Part shown: positions 16,201 to 27,600 of the stretch, piece by piece
Position numbering within the stretch: the first letter of the stretch is position 1
Layout of the letters: each line of letters opens with the position of its first letter
Assembly: GCA_037447605.1 (NCBI GenBank)
Contig: CM074821.1
Coordinates: forward strand, 992,001-1,056,000
Direction of reading: 5' to 3'
Source of the DNA: Zygnema circumcarinatum SAG 698-1b
Taxonomy: Eukaryota > Plantae > Zygnematophyceae
Length of the DNA: 64,000 bases
Program-made: the position numbers and the translations under genes
The notes under the pieces: model-generated
Told to the model about the DNA's origin: nothing
Databases searched by the model: none
Seen by the model: the letters and a program-made list of their open reading frames with translations, nothing else

Positions 16201-16480
16201 TCTCTAAGTTTGATGCAACACCGAGCCCTACTCTAGCTCTTGTTCCTGATCAAGCTGAGTTTTCATGTTGCAGCTTGGCATTGCGGCGGCTCTTTGTATG
16301 GATGATGTGGACTATCGACCGACAATGTCGACCATCATTACTGCACTTCAACCACTTTTATCGATGCACATGCCTTTACGAACATTGCCACTCTCCCATA
16401 CGAGGGAAAGCTTTACAAGGAGCGTAACGAGCAACAGCACCAACAGTCATGTCTCTACCAGACCTGAGTTTATACTATGA
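13300..16480 (+). CDS. PTI1-like receptor-like cytoplasmic kinase (RLCK-VIII type), probable pseudokinase; 7 exons
   Basis: Exons 13300-13408 (alternative in-frame ATG at 13267), 13769-14046, 14364-14490, 14847-15099, 15321-15456, 15975-16061, 16274-16480, in phase. PTI1 hallmarks: N-terminal [88 protein letters not shown]. The catalytic loop reads HKGIKSSN. Confidence 0.9.
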
Positions 16481-16779
16481 AGGAAAAATCCAGACGGAAG
16501 GTGCTCCGCATTTTGTCGGAATGCTGGTTCTTCTCCTCTGTCAACAACTCACAAGCAGGAGGAATCGGTAGGTGAACGCGATTCTAGTTGAAGTAGGGTT
16601 GGGACGGGAGGGAACAGGGAACTCAGTGGAATCTCGGATGCTTGTGGCAAGCTGCGTGAGCAGCACCCTCGTTGCTCTGAGAGCTTGGAACAAGCATTCG
16701 AGGAGAAAAAAGCAGGGAAGGATCCTTTCTGGCCCGTGGAGGTACTGCGCCATACATTAAAGAATGTTGGTGTAAGGGC

Positions 16780-16856
16780 TAGAGAAAGGGGAGAGAGAGG
16801 GGAAAGAGAGAGAGGGGAAAGAGAGAGAGAGAGAGAGAGAGAGTGGGGGGGGGGGA
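16780..16856. repeat. (GA)n / poly-G simple repeat
   Basis: Direct reading of the sequence. Confidence 0.9.
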
Positions 16857-18066
16857 GATAGCCATGCATGGCTGGCTGGACCTGTATAATGGTTAAAGGC
16901 AGGGGCTGTGGGGGGGTGTGTAGGGGCTGTCCGCAATGCTGGCAGGGATGGTGTCTGCTTTTTCAGGACAGCAATAATAATGGGTATATTACTATTTAAT
17001 AACTAGCGTAGCTTGGGAGGGTTGGTTTTAAGGGCCCTGCAGATCCCGCACTCGTTCTGGAGGGTGCCTGTAACCGGTGCCAAGATTTTGCAACTTCCCA
17101 AGCAGCAGTGTTCTTATGAAAATCCTAAAAATACTGCTGCTGGGAGCACAGTTGTATTGTTTCTGGCAACGGACGAACTCTAGTGTAGAGCGAAACTAGG
17201 GCTTTAGAGGGCAGTAGAGGGGCGGAGGAGCCTGCTAGGACACTCCAGGTGGCACGTTCTGATTGGTTAATATGGGGGTCGAAGATGTGCAGGGAAGCTC
17301 CTTTTGCAAGAAACTGCAAGCCCAACCCTATTGGATAGCCCTATGTAATGTGCAGCTTTGTAAGGCAGAGTAGGACTAGGTAGGTGGTCCACGGAGTTGT
17401 CTGTCCATGGAAGCTTTGTCTGGGACTTTGCGAACGTTGACTGTCTCTCCCAACCTCCCCTGTTCCTTTCTTTCCCTCTCCTCCTTCACCCTCCTGTTCC
17501 CCCGTATCTGTGGATGCCGGCGGCAGCTTGCGGGCACATGGAAATGAAGGGATACGTGAGGCATCTGCGCTTATTCAACTTCTCTAAATTGCTCTTACTG
17601 CAGCTTGCAATATTTGTAAATTCCAAAGGGGGTAAGTGGGGAGGCTCACGCAGGTGGGTGGGAGAGGTGGGGGTGAGTAGGTAGGGAGGTTTCTTCGTTT
17701 GAGTATAAACTACGCTCATCACGCCTAATATGACATTCGCTATATTTTCGAAAGGCATGGACCAGCGATTAGTCATAACGATACATTTGTGCTCAGAATA
17801 GCCCCCTTCTACCTTCTTCCACATCCCCCTGTACCTACCTATTCAGCAATAATAGTTGTGTTCTTTTTTTGAAAACACCAGCACCCATTATAATACTCAC
17901 AAAATAACTAAGTGATAACGTCCTTGTTAACGCTACAACGAAAGTCGATACTTCTGCTGCAAAAAAGCATCGTTATATTATACAATGATTCGTCACTCCA
18001 TTGGAGGAGGAGAACTGCCATTGATCTTACGATGACTCGGCCACTCGATTAGGGAAGGAAGTGGCA

Positions 18067-18176
18067 TTGATCTCGTGATGGCGATGATGCCATCAGATGT
18101 TCATGGACAAAATCAACATCATGGGGAACCACGAGGGACTGGTCGCCAAGGACCTAAGCACAAAAGAAAAAAGCGA
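18067..18176. repeat. Solo copy of the arm of the foldback element at 50156-50591
   Basis: ttgatctcgtgatggcg...ccatcagatgttcatggacaaaatcaacat...ggtcgccaaggacctaagcaca aligns with 50501-50590 (ttgatctcacgatggcaaggccatcaaatgtacagggataaaatcaacat...ggtcacaaaggacctaaggaca). Confidence 0.7.
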
Positions 18177-18622
18177 TTAGTCGTCCGCTTCTCGCTGCTA
18201 GCCAAGTCCTTAGTCAGCCACTTTTAGCCAACTGGCTAGCTACTAATGCGTCGCCCTCCGACCGCCAGCGTCGAGAGCGGAGAGCAGCGCGGGAGGGTAC
18301 AAACTCGGCCCTGTTAAGATCAAGCCAATCACAGATTGCCAGTTGTACATATTTCTGACGTGGCAGGCTGAGATTGGGCGAATCTAGAAGCAGGCGCGCA
18401 ATGCCCTCCCCATCAATGGGACGCCCTCACAGTTAAGTTCCTCCTCAATGCACTCAGGAGGGTGGCCCTGCCGGCATTAAAATCTCCATTTTTTTATTTT
18501 TTCTCTGAAAGAAGAAGAGCTGCAGCTCCATTCTATTCCACTTTTACTTAATTGAAGTGCAGAATCTGGCATTGGGTCGCTGAAAGGGAGCCCCACATCA
18601 TACATTCCGTGCAGCCTCAGCG

Positions 18623-20842
18623 ATGGCTATGGCGACTGTGCCTCACTCAGCTGTGTCGATGGCGGGCTCTCTTGCTGCCACGTGGCAGAGCCCCATCGTT
18701 TCTGGAGGCTCCTCCATTCCGGCAGTCGTTGCTCCGCCTGGGAGAGCTGCTCTTTGCGCATGTGAAGCTTCGCAGAAGGCAGAAATGTGCTTCAAGAAAA
18801 GTCTTTTTAAGACTAACATTTTCAGCAATTTGGATCATATGCATCACTCGCATTTTACATCTCATTTTCGGCCGATTTTCTCCAAGAAAATGTATGGAAA
18901 TTCCGTTAAAGCGAGAGTGCGTTTCAGACATCGAACGGCGAAAGTGTCAGCGAGCTTTGGAGAGGAGCTGCTGCACAATGAGGTGATTTGCCCAGGATGC
19001 AGTTTTTATGTGTAAGGTTGCCAAAATAGATTTTTTTTTTAAGATATATTTAACAAGGGAGATTTAACATGACAGTTTGCAGGGAGAAGGATGGCAGAGT
19101 TGGACAAAAAGTCAAACAAATTGACCCTAATTCTTGGCCATCCTTCAACAGCAATGCATGGTCATGCTTCTCTTAATCATCGACTTTTGTCCTTATCTTT
19201 GTCCGTTGCTTTATCTTTAGTTTTGTTTCTATTTTCCTTTCTGCTGATTTTTTTCTTTATTTCTATTCTATTCAATTTTCTTATTGCAGGCGCTTGCAAC
19301 TGCAACAGCAGCAATGCTATCTGCGCAGCTTTTGAAACCTTTCACTGCGGCATTGTCTGGGCAGGGCTTCAACTTGAAGCTGGTCATCAAATCCGGGGGG
19401 ATGCCATCCTCACATTCTGCGGTCAGTTTTAGTTTTCCTCTTAGAAAGAATAAGGGAATGAGCGAGAGGAGGAAGATTACCTCCTCATCAACCCCCCCCC
19501 CCCCCCCNNNNNNNNNNCAACCCCCCCCCCCCCCCCAAACCCCCAATTTTCAGCCCTTTAAGTAACAGCTTTGCAGTCGACAGAACAGAAAATGTTGTCC
19601 ATTTACAGTTCTTTTTGTGTTGGAAAAAAGTTTATTTAAAGCTGTGAACATTCAACATTTCAAAAAGAAACAATACAGCAGCATAGAGAGTTCTCACATT
19701 GAACCTCAACCGAGATGAGCTCTGAAATCAAACCCGGAGTGGAGTGTGACAGGTTGTCACATCGCTTGCGACTGCGCTCTGTCTGGAGAGGTGAGGGACG
19801 GGCTCTGCTCTCTCTCTACCTAGAACTCATATCCAATTTGAATCATGTTTTAACTGATCAAGTTATCTTACTTGAGTTGCTCCTTATCGTCCAATTGGTG
19901 AGAGCTGGGTTGGAACAGAGGCGCATCAGACCCCATATTTGGAGCTTTTGTCGTATACGCATGCATTGTTATGTATGATGCACAGGTGGGCAAAAGCAGA
20001 TCCCTCCTCTCCCTTCAAGCCTAAGTGATGATTGGAGGGTAATAAAAGCAAAAAAGCATCATGCCGCATGGCATAATAATCTACAATCTTGAACTTCCTA
20101 AAGACTCACAGTGCAGCAAACTTTTCAAAAAAGACCTAAGTCCTTTCTCTTTTGCTGTGGAGGGAGGAGTCTTCAGGGTGTACGGAGAGCAGTTGGAAAG
20201 CAAGCAGAGGTCCTGAACACTTTGGTGGTGCCTCAGCTTGCTGAACCCTCTCCCCTGAAATCCCTCCAATCAGAAGCCGCAGCTGTAGTTCCTCCCACAG
20301 CCATTGGGGTGGAACTGGGGAACCCCCAAAAGGTGGACCTGCAGTTCTATGAGAGTGGGAGCTCTGAGCTTGACAAGAAAACTGAAAGGGAAATTGGGGC
20401 TTCAATAGGGGTAGAGCTGGCAAATGCCCCCGCACAATTGGAGCTCGCCTTTGTTGAGAGCAGGGAGGGAGGGGGGAAGGCTTCAAACTCCACCAGTAAT
20501 GGACTCTCTGGGGGCCCACTTCAGAATGCTTTGGGAAGGAGGAGTGAAGGTGAAGGATCAGGAGAGGGAGGAGGAGGGGGAGGCAGTGGGAGGGAGGGGA
20601 GGCAGAGTCCGTGGGAGAGGAGGGATCGGTCTAAAGAGTTTTGGCAGGCAGCTGCAAGTGAGCCGAGCATGAGGGGGGGAGAGGTGGTCCCCCAAGAGCT
20701 GGGAAAGGTGGAGGGATGGCGACATATTCCTTTGAAGGAGTCAGTGGGGCATACGAAGCTGGAGGTCATTGTGGGGGCACTCGCAGGCATTCTCCTTAGT
20801 ATGGGGCTCCATGCATTGGGATGGTATTCCTCCTCCGTCTGA
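18623..20842 (+). CDS. DUF212 / acid phosphatase-vanadium haloperoxidase-related (divergent PAP2) membrane protein, probable plastid transit peptide; 5 exons, ~420 aa
   Basis: Exons 18623-18982, 19290-19421, 19753-19790, 19919-19985, 20177-20842, in phase. Motifs SGGMPSSHSA, LATALCLERG, IVMYDAQGVRRAVGKQAEVLN, LKESVGHTKLEVIVGALAG. Confidence 0.9.
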
Positions 20843-21244
20843 GAGAGAGGGGGTAGTGCTTTGTGAGAGCTTAAGGATTGGGGGGTGGACGGCTACAGAG
20901 GGAGAGGGCCATTGGAGGGTTTAAAAAGAAACAGAAAGTTTGAAGGTGGAGTTTTTTAGGGTCTGTGAAGTGCTGTCATTCAGAAGGTGAGCAGAGAGTT
21001 AGAGAGAGGGCCCAAGGGTCCCCATTTTCTGTGTGTGTAATTGCAAGGAAGTCTGTAAAGGTGAAATGTTGGGGGAGGGCGGCGGAGGCTTGTACATTAT
21101 TTTTGTGAAATTTGGCTGAAATTTTGCAGCGAATTATGGTCGCTGAACTGGAAACTTGGTCGTTTTTTAAGCATACGAGTCGATGAGATGTGCAATTTTG
21201 GATTCGTGCTTTTTGTTTATTTTTACGTTCTTTAACGACGGAAA

Positions 21245-21660
21245 CCAATGTACGGACACGCAACATTGTACACACTGTACATGAAGCGCAATGTTTGCAT
21301 GTTGGGCTTTTACAGCAGCGTCTAGGCGCGTCCCCTCGTGGCCTGTTTTGCTCGTGTTGATGTGCCATGATATATTATGGCCCAAGGACAAGAGCACACC
21401 CCAACCGTCTGATTGCACACGCCAATTAGTCTGCCAAGTGGCGACCCGACAGGTGGTGATGATGGCGTCATTGAACGACTACATGCGCTACAAACGGTAC
21501 GGTCCGTAGATGCATGTTCGTACTGTACGTGTACGGTGCCGACATCCGCACTCACCGTACGGCCATTTCCTGAACTTTTTGGCGTACTGTACTCGCTTTT
21601 CCTTTTGGCACGCGCTGCCATGTGTCAAAAGTACCGGAATTTACGGGGGACACGTGGCAG
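21245..21660. promoter_or_regulatory. CGTAC-rich, G-box-containing upstream region of the FAR1/MULE-derived gene
   Basis: GTAC cores at ~21250, 21496, 21519-21536 (three), 21556, 21583-21590; gacacgtggc at ~21650; telo-box-like ttttagggtt at ~21809. Confidence 0.4.
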
Positions 21661-21886
21661 GGTCTCATTGGCCATAGCCTGCGAGAACGGGCGAGACCCC
21701 TCTTAAAATGGCGACGGGCGGGAGAGGGGCGCGGGAAGTTAGGGTTGTTTTTTTTTTTTTTTTTTTTTTTAAATTTATTTAGAAATCAAGGCTTGCAGGG
21801 TTTGTACGTTTTAGGGTTCAGGTTTGCGGTTTGTGGCTGGGTTGGTTTTCTCTGCATGCGTCTTATGAAGGAGGAAGGGGGCGGCC

Positions 21887-22837
21887 ATGGCGGGCCCGTC
21901 ACAGCTGCAAGTCCCTGAATCGAACGCGGGGGAGTTTCCCAAAAATGATGCAAAGGGGCTGAAGAGGGTGAGTGTTTTTTTTTTTTTTTCAATTTTGATC
22001 ACACAACTAGATTATTTTCGTGGAGGTTTTTTTTTTTTCGCCAAACTGGAACTGCTGTGGTAGCCTGGATGTGGAAATCGATGAAGAGAGAGTGGCCTTG
22101 AGAGAGGAGCAGCCATGGGGAAAAAAGGAGGAAGAATTAGCGCTAACTTGATGATTTTTAGGGTTTTTTAAAACGGCGAAATTTGATGTTTTTGAGGGCT
22201 TTAAAAGGTGTCTCTGATGCAAATTCTAATGCATGTCAACCAGGATCGTGATCTCTGGATCATCCCTGAATACTCCTCCTTCGAAGGGAGGCAGTGGAGC
22301 TCTGCAGATGAAGCCTTTGAAGAGCTCCAACAGTTCGCCTTCAGCTGTGGGTTCGCCATAGGCCGCCTCCGAACGCGGAGGGATCCCTCCTCTGGGGAGA
22401 GCTGCAGAGTGAATGTGAAGTGCGCTCTGGGGGGGAGGCTGAGGTCGAGGAGCTCCGCTCGAGGCATTGGAGGGAGAGGGGAGCGCAGGAGGAGGACCCA
22501 ATGCAGCGAATGCCCATTTGCAGTAACCATTAGACGGAGACGAGGAAGTAAAAGCACTTTCTATTTGACTATAGACAATGGGAGGCATAGCCATGGGCAG
22601 CAAGACTTGCGTCGTTTTCCGCAGGCTCGAAGGGCGAGTGTTACGCCGCAGCAGTGTAACATAATTGAGGACCTGCTGAGTTCGAATGTGAACAGCCGGA
22701 AGATTTTAGACTCCGTTGACAACCCGTTATTGCTCCCGCAGGACATACGGAACATAAAGAAAAAAAGGCAACGGTTGCAAGGATCACAGAGGGTGCCGTC
22801 GGAAAAGCTCGAACTTTTGAAGTTGGAAGGGTCCTGA
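21887..22837 (+). CDS. FAR1/Mutator-transposase-derived DNA-binding protein (WRKY-GCM1-type zinc finger plus helical domain, no DDE domain); 2 exons, ~236 aa
   Basis: Exon 21887-21967 (GCCATGG start, AGG|gtgagt donor, phase 0) joins 22208-22837 (aaaag| acceptor). Pattern AFEELQQFAFSCGFAI...VKCALGG...RTQCSECPF...GRHSH...FPQARR...LLPQDIRNIKKKRQR matches Mutator/FAR1 N-termini. Stop at 22837. Confidence 0.75.
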
Positions 22838-24629
22838 ATAGATGGAAGGATGGGGATTGGAGCAGCGGTAAATAAGGAATTCAAGAAAAAGGCTGTTTTG
22901 GACCACGCATTTAACAGGTGATCTCCTTTTTTTTTTTCAAACTTGATTTAAGCGTCGGAGGAGGGAGGAAGGAGGAAAAGTGAGGCGGTTCCTTAAATTG
23001 GGGGATGTTGAAGAGGAAAGGGATGGGGGGGGATTGATTGGAGGAGAGACGAGGGAGAAAGTGAGAAACGAAGAGAGGGAGGACGAGATTAGCGATAGAA
23101 TTCGCTTGATTTAAACGCTTGTATCATTCTATGGCTTGCCTTTAAGATACCTACGTCCACCTCAGAATGATAAGGGATACAAATCCTTCATCATTCTTAC
23201 TGTAGTCAGATTCTATCCTTTTTCTCTCTCCTTTCCCTCGTCTTTCTCAGTTTAAGTGAGATCTAAAGCAGCGCTTTGTCCAATTCGAGAAAGGTTGCTC
23301 TTTGATGGTTAAAGAGCTCTAACTGACAGTTTTGTTTTTCTCCCTCTCTGTTAGGGAGTTACCTGCTACTTGTTACCTGTTACCTGTTAGGAAGGAGATG
23401 CGTCGAAGAGGCCGTTGAAAGGACTAGTGTTGCGGCTGTTGGACCTTCCTCGTCTGGAGCGAGCAGTTGTCCCGGTAGGGTTCAGTTTTCTAGCGCGTGC
23501 CAATTAGGTTTACCCTTTTTTGGATAGCCCAGGAAGGAATGGGCTTGGCACGCTCTTTTGATACTGTTCGGCATCTTGTATACATCGTCAACGTAATGTG
23601 TAAATATTTCACAACAAGTTGATCTCGTCTGTATGATGAGGATTGAGTTGTAATATGCATCACATCTTTTTGTGTGCCCTAAAAACCCTTTCTATCTCCA
23701 CATCATGTCGAGTGAATTTCATATAAATGTCGTGTTGTCTGAGTACCAATTTCAATGCATTCATTGCAGGTATGATTAGAACGGACCATTTGTTACATAG
23801 CTCCACATTTCTTGTTCAGAAGCAAAACCCTTTTACTGCGTTTACTGTAAAATTGAAGGTCCTTCAGTCGGTTGCGTTCTGTTCCACTGCGAAGCTGCAC
23901 TGTACCTGCCCTCTGCCCCTCCCTCACGTAATCCAGAAAATTCAAAACCTATTACCAAAATGTAAGCGGAACTGTCAACATTGCTATGTACAAACTACCA
24001 GTACCACTATCCCTCGACTAAGCACCGTTATGCAAGTTCCCGGGGGCCTTTGCCCACTTCCCTCCCTCCCTCGCTCACTCTCCCCATGTCAAAATGCTGC
24101 TAATCTGCCGTGGAATGGACCAATTTCAGAACATGTAGCCTCAGCCCCTCCTCTGCCGGGGCCCCACACGCCGTCCTAAAGATGCATCCGTGCCATTCTA
24201 ACATTTCAAAAAAGAAATTCCTGAATTTTACGCCTGAAATGGGTCGGATTCTCCTGAAGCCGAGGCACGTCCCTCCGCTTGCTCCTTGCCACTGCCTGCC
24301 GCTTGGAGAGATACAGATTTTGCTGAGCTGTCGCTCAGCCATTTGTCAACGACCTTCCTTCTCAGCTCCCTCTACGCTGAAGAAGTGTGCTGAGAGAGAG
24401 AGAGATAGAGAGAGGGGAGAGAGCGAGAGAGGGAGAGAGAAAAAGGGAGAAAGAGAGTACGAGAAAGCGGGAGCAAGCGAAGCACCTGGCCATGTACCAC
24501 CAAGAGCTCCTCTTTTTCGTTTCTTTCTACTCGGAGTACAGAAAGACTTTCTCAGTCGTTTGGGTCCCTGAAAGACGGCATCCGATCATTCGTGAATATG
24601 CTCCCAGTAATAAAGCCTCTACTGGAAAC

Positions 24630-27600
24630 TCAGGGAAGTTTTCGGCTCTGGCAGGCTGTGTACTGCTTGTAAGTGGAGTATTCGAGAGAGCAGTGCACGT
24701 GGAGGGGACACTCCTGACAGCAGTCAATATTATCTCTCTCCCAACTTGGACCCGGCAGTCTCCCAGCCGCACGGAGGCTGCAGAATGCAGCGAACTTCGC
24801 TGTAGGGGTTCCTGCAAGCAAAAGTTCACCCACCAGCATTGAAACTTTTAATTCCAACAAGGCACAACAGTACGGCACGACAGAGTGGCAGCGTCTCTCC
24901 CTCTACCTCTCCCTCTCCCTCTCCCTCCNNNNNNNNNNCCTCCCTCCCTCTCTCTCTCTATCTCTCTCTCTCTTTATCTCTCTTTATCTCTCTCTCTCTC
25001 TCTCTCTCCCCCTCTCTCTCTCTCTCTTTCTCTCTTTCTCTCTCTCTCTCTTTCTCTCTCTCCCTCACACAGGGTCACTCTATCCGTTTTTTCACCGAGG
25101 TTAATATATGGCGCTTCCGCTGAAGCTGACCTGAGGCATTGAAGAACGACGAGGAGAGGCTTTTGAGGCTTTCCATGTCGAGGACCGGCAGGCCATACAT
25201 GGAACTCGAGCCGTACTCCATACCCCACAGACTTTTTGGAGTCTGCGTATCACTCACATAGAAACCCCTCCTCGAGAAGAATATGAGAACACATGTAAAG
25301 GATAATGGGTTAAGGGCAAGAAGGCAGAGAGAGAGAAAGCAGTTGGGGAAGCGACAAGCAAAAGGGTCAAAGGGAACATGTGAAAATAAAGCACATTCAG
25401 GAAAAGGCTCTACTTATTCGACCTCTTATTCAGCCTCTTTCAGTCTCGTATTCAGAGCCTCCACCCCCCCCCCCCCAATTTACCTTCAAGTTAGCTGTAT
25501 GCTCGTTATATTCAAGCAGAAGCTGCTGTCGGTTGTAGCGAAAAAGGCGAAAAGAAGGCTTGTTATCAAACATTGGACTCAAAGACGGAGCCATGAGAAT
25601 GGCGGATCCTACTTTCCCATTCACTGCTCCCAGGGGGCCCCCTCCTACACCCTCTCTACTCTTAAGCCCAGATGCTCCTTGAGAATTCCATGTTTCCCCT
25701 CCCTTCAAACCATCCTCCGGCCTTTCTACTTTACCAAAAGACCCACCCTCTCTCGCACTTATCGCCCTTCCAGATGGAAGACGGTTTGTCCTTCTTGCCC
25801 AAGGAATGTAATATGCCCACCTACTCGTTGACAAGGTTTTCTGCTTTGGGTTTCTCCAGTTGCTTCCTGTAGAGCTCTCGTCAGCCGAAAAGAGAATCGA
25901 GTTTTCTGCCCTTAATTTTCTGCTTGACTTTTCTTCCCCTCCTGTCTCCAACCCTCCTCTTCCTCCCTCTTCCCTATGCTGAACTATCTTCTTTGACTCA
26001 TCTTCCATGCCGTCTTTTTCTGACAATAGAATAGGACTCCGAATTAGTCGAAACTGATCTCTATGAAGGTATCCGAACAGCTGTCCCACAACTACATCTG
26101 CATTATCTAAAATGATTTTTGCATACGCTTCTTCAAACCTGGGATGCCAAGATGGTCCTTTCCTGAAGGTCTTCACACCGGGGGGTCTATGTCCAGCAAT
26201 TATCACTCTACGGCCCTGCAAAAGAACCAACAAGAAGTCATCATCAGCTTTGATAGAAAGAATTTGACGATACAACTTTTTGAAGATACAACTTCTTGAA
26301 AGAGAATGTCAAGCAAAGAACGAAACGAAAGCATACGATGTATCACTGTTGTTGAGAAAAGCAGCCACCTCTCCGTTCCTTCATTAGAAAAATGAGATAT
26401 GCGTAGTCTCACCCAATGCCGAGCTCCCTTCAACTCTCCTTCTAGCCAAGCCAACTGGCCAGCAGGGTCGACATCACTGGGGGATGTGTCGGGAAGATCA
26501 GCCTGAAGCAGAAAGCAGAAACAAAATACGAAAAAATAGAAAAAAGGAAAGTAAAAAAGAAATAGAAGAACAAATACGTGGCTTTATATTCAATATGTGA
26601 AAGTGAACTAATTTCATAAGAGAGAGTAGAGGCAAGAGAGTCATCCCTACTGAACCCTCATCCTGGAGAGATGAGGACAATAATGAAAAGAAAATGAAGG
26701 CTATAAAATGATTAAGGGATTTTTTCAGAAATTCTTTCAGATTTCTTTTCTATAGTTCTTCCATTCGGAATTTAGACGTTCAAACATACCGAGTAAAGAA
26801 CCGTATTGAGTACGAGCACAGCCATGTTGGTGGGCTCACTCTGCTTCTTGTGCTTCTGTGCCGCCTTTATGAGGACAGTGAAGTAACCTCCTGCACCGAT
26901 CCAATAAGAGTTGAGTTTAAAGATATAAATTTCTGAAAGAGAATGTACAGGGTGAACAGAGACATACAGAGGCATTTGTGTGTGCTTACCTTTCTTAAAG
27001 GTTGTCATTGCATCAGGTCCAGCCTGCAAGACAAAGACGACATACAACCAATATTGTTCAACACATAGTAGCCAGCATATAACCATTGAGCCCACGTTTT
27101 CAAAAAAAATTCTGAAAAGACATCTATTATTCTCGAAACTTTTTCTGGCCATGCTGCTGTAATCAGGACCATCATGCGATATTTTAATGTATCTGATTTT
27201 TCTGATTTTTACTTTTGATAAAAATGGATTTTAAAGGCGTTTTAAGGGATTTAGACCCATACAGCATTAAGCATGGAACTCCAAGAAGTAGAAAGTCGAG
27301 CAAGCCAGCTGCTGTTCTCTGCAGGATGAATTTGCTCCCCTCTGCAAAGAATTTACACAGCCCATGCTCTGACATCAGCAGAGAGAGGTGGCAGCAGAGA
27401 CGGGCACGAGAGTGATTGGAGGACGAGGAGATGAGAGGATGAGAGGCAAGACAATTAACAAGCAGGGGACGAAGAGAATGAGTTTAAAAATCAGGACTGG
27501 AGATGAGGTAAGATGAGGCGAGTTGAAATGACGAGCGATCAGAGATGATTGATGAGAGATGTGGTCCTAGTCTTCAATCAGTTTTCTCCTCTCTTCTTTC

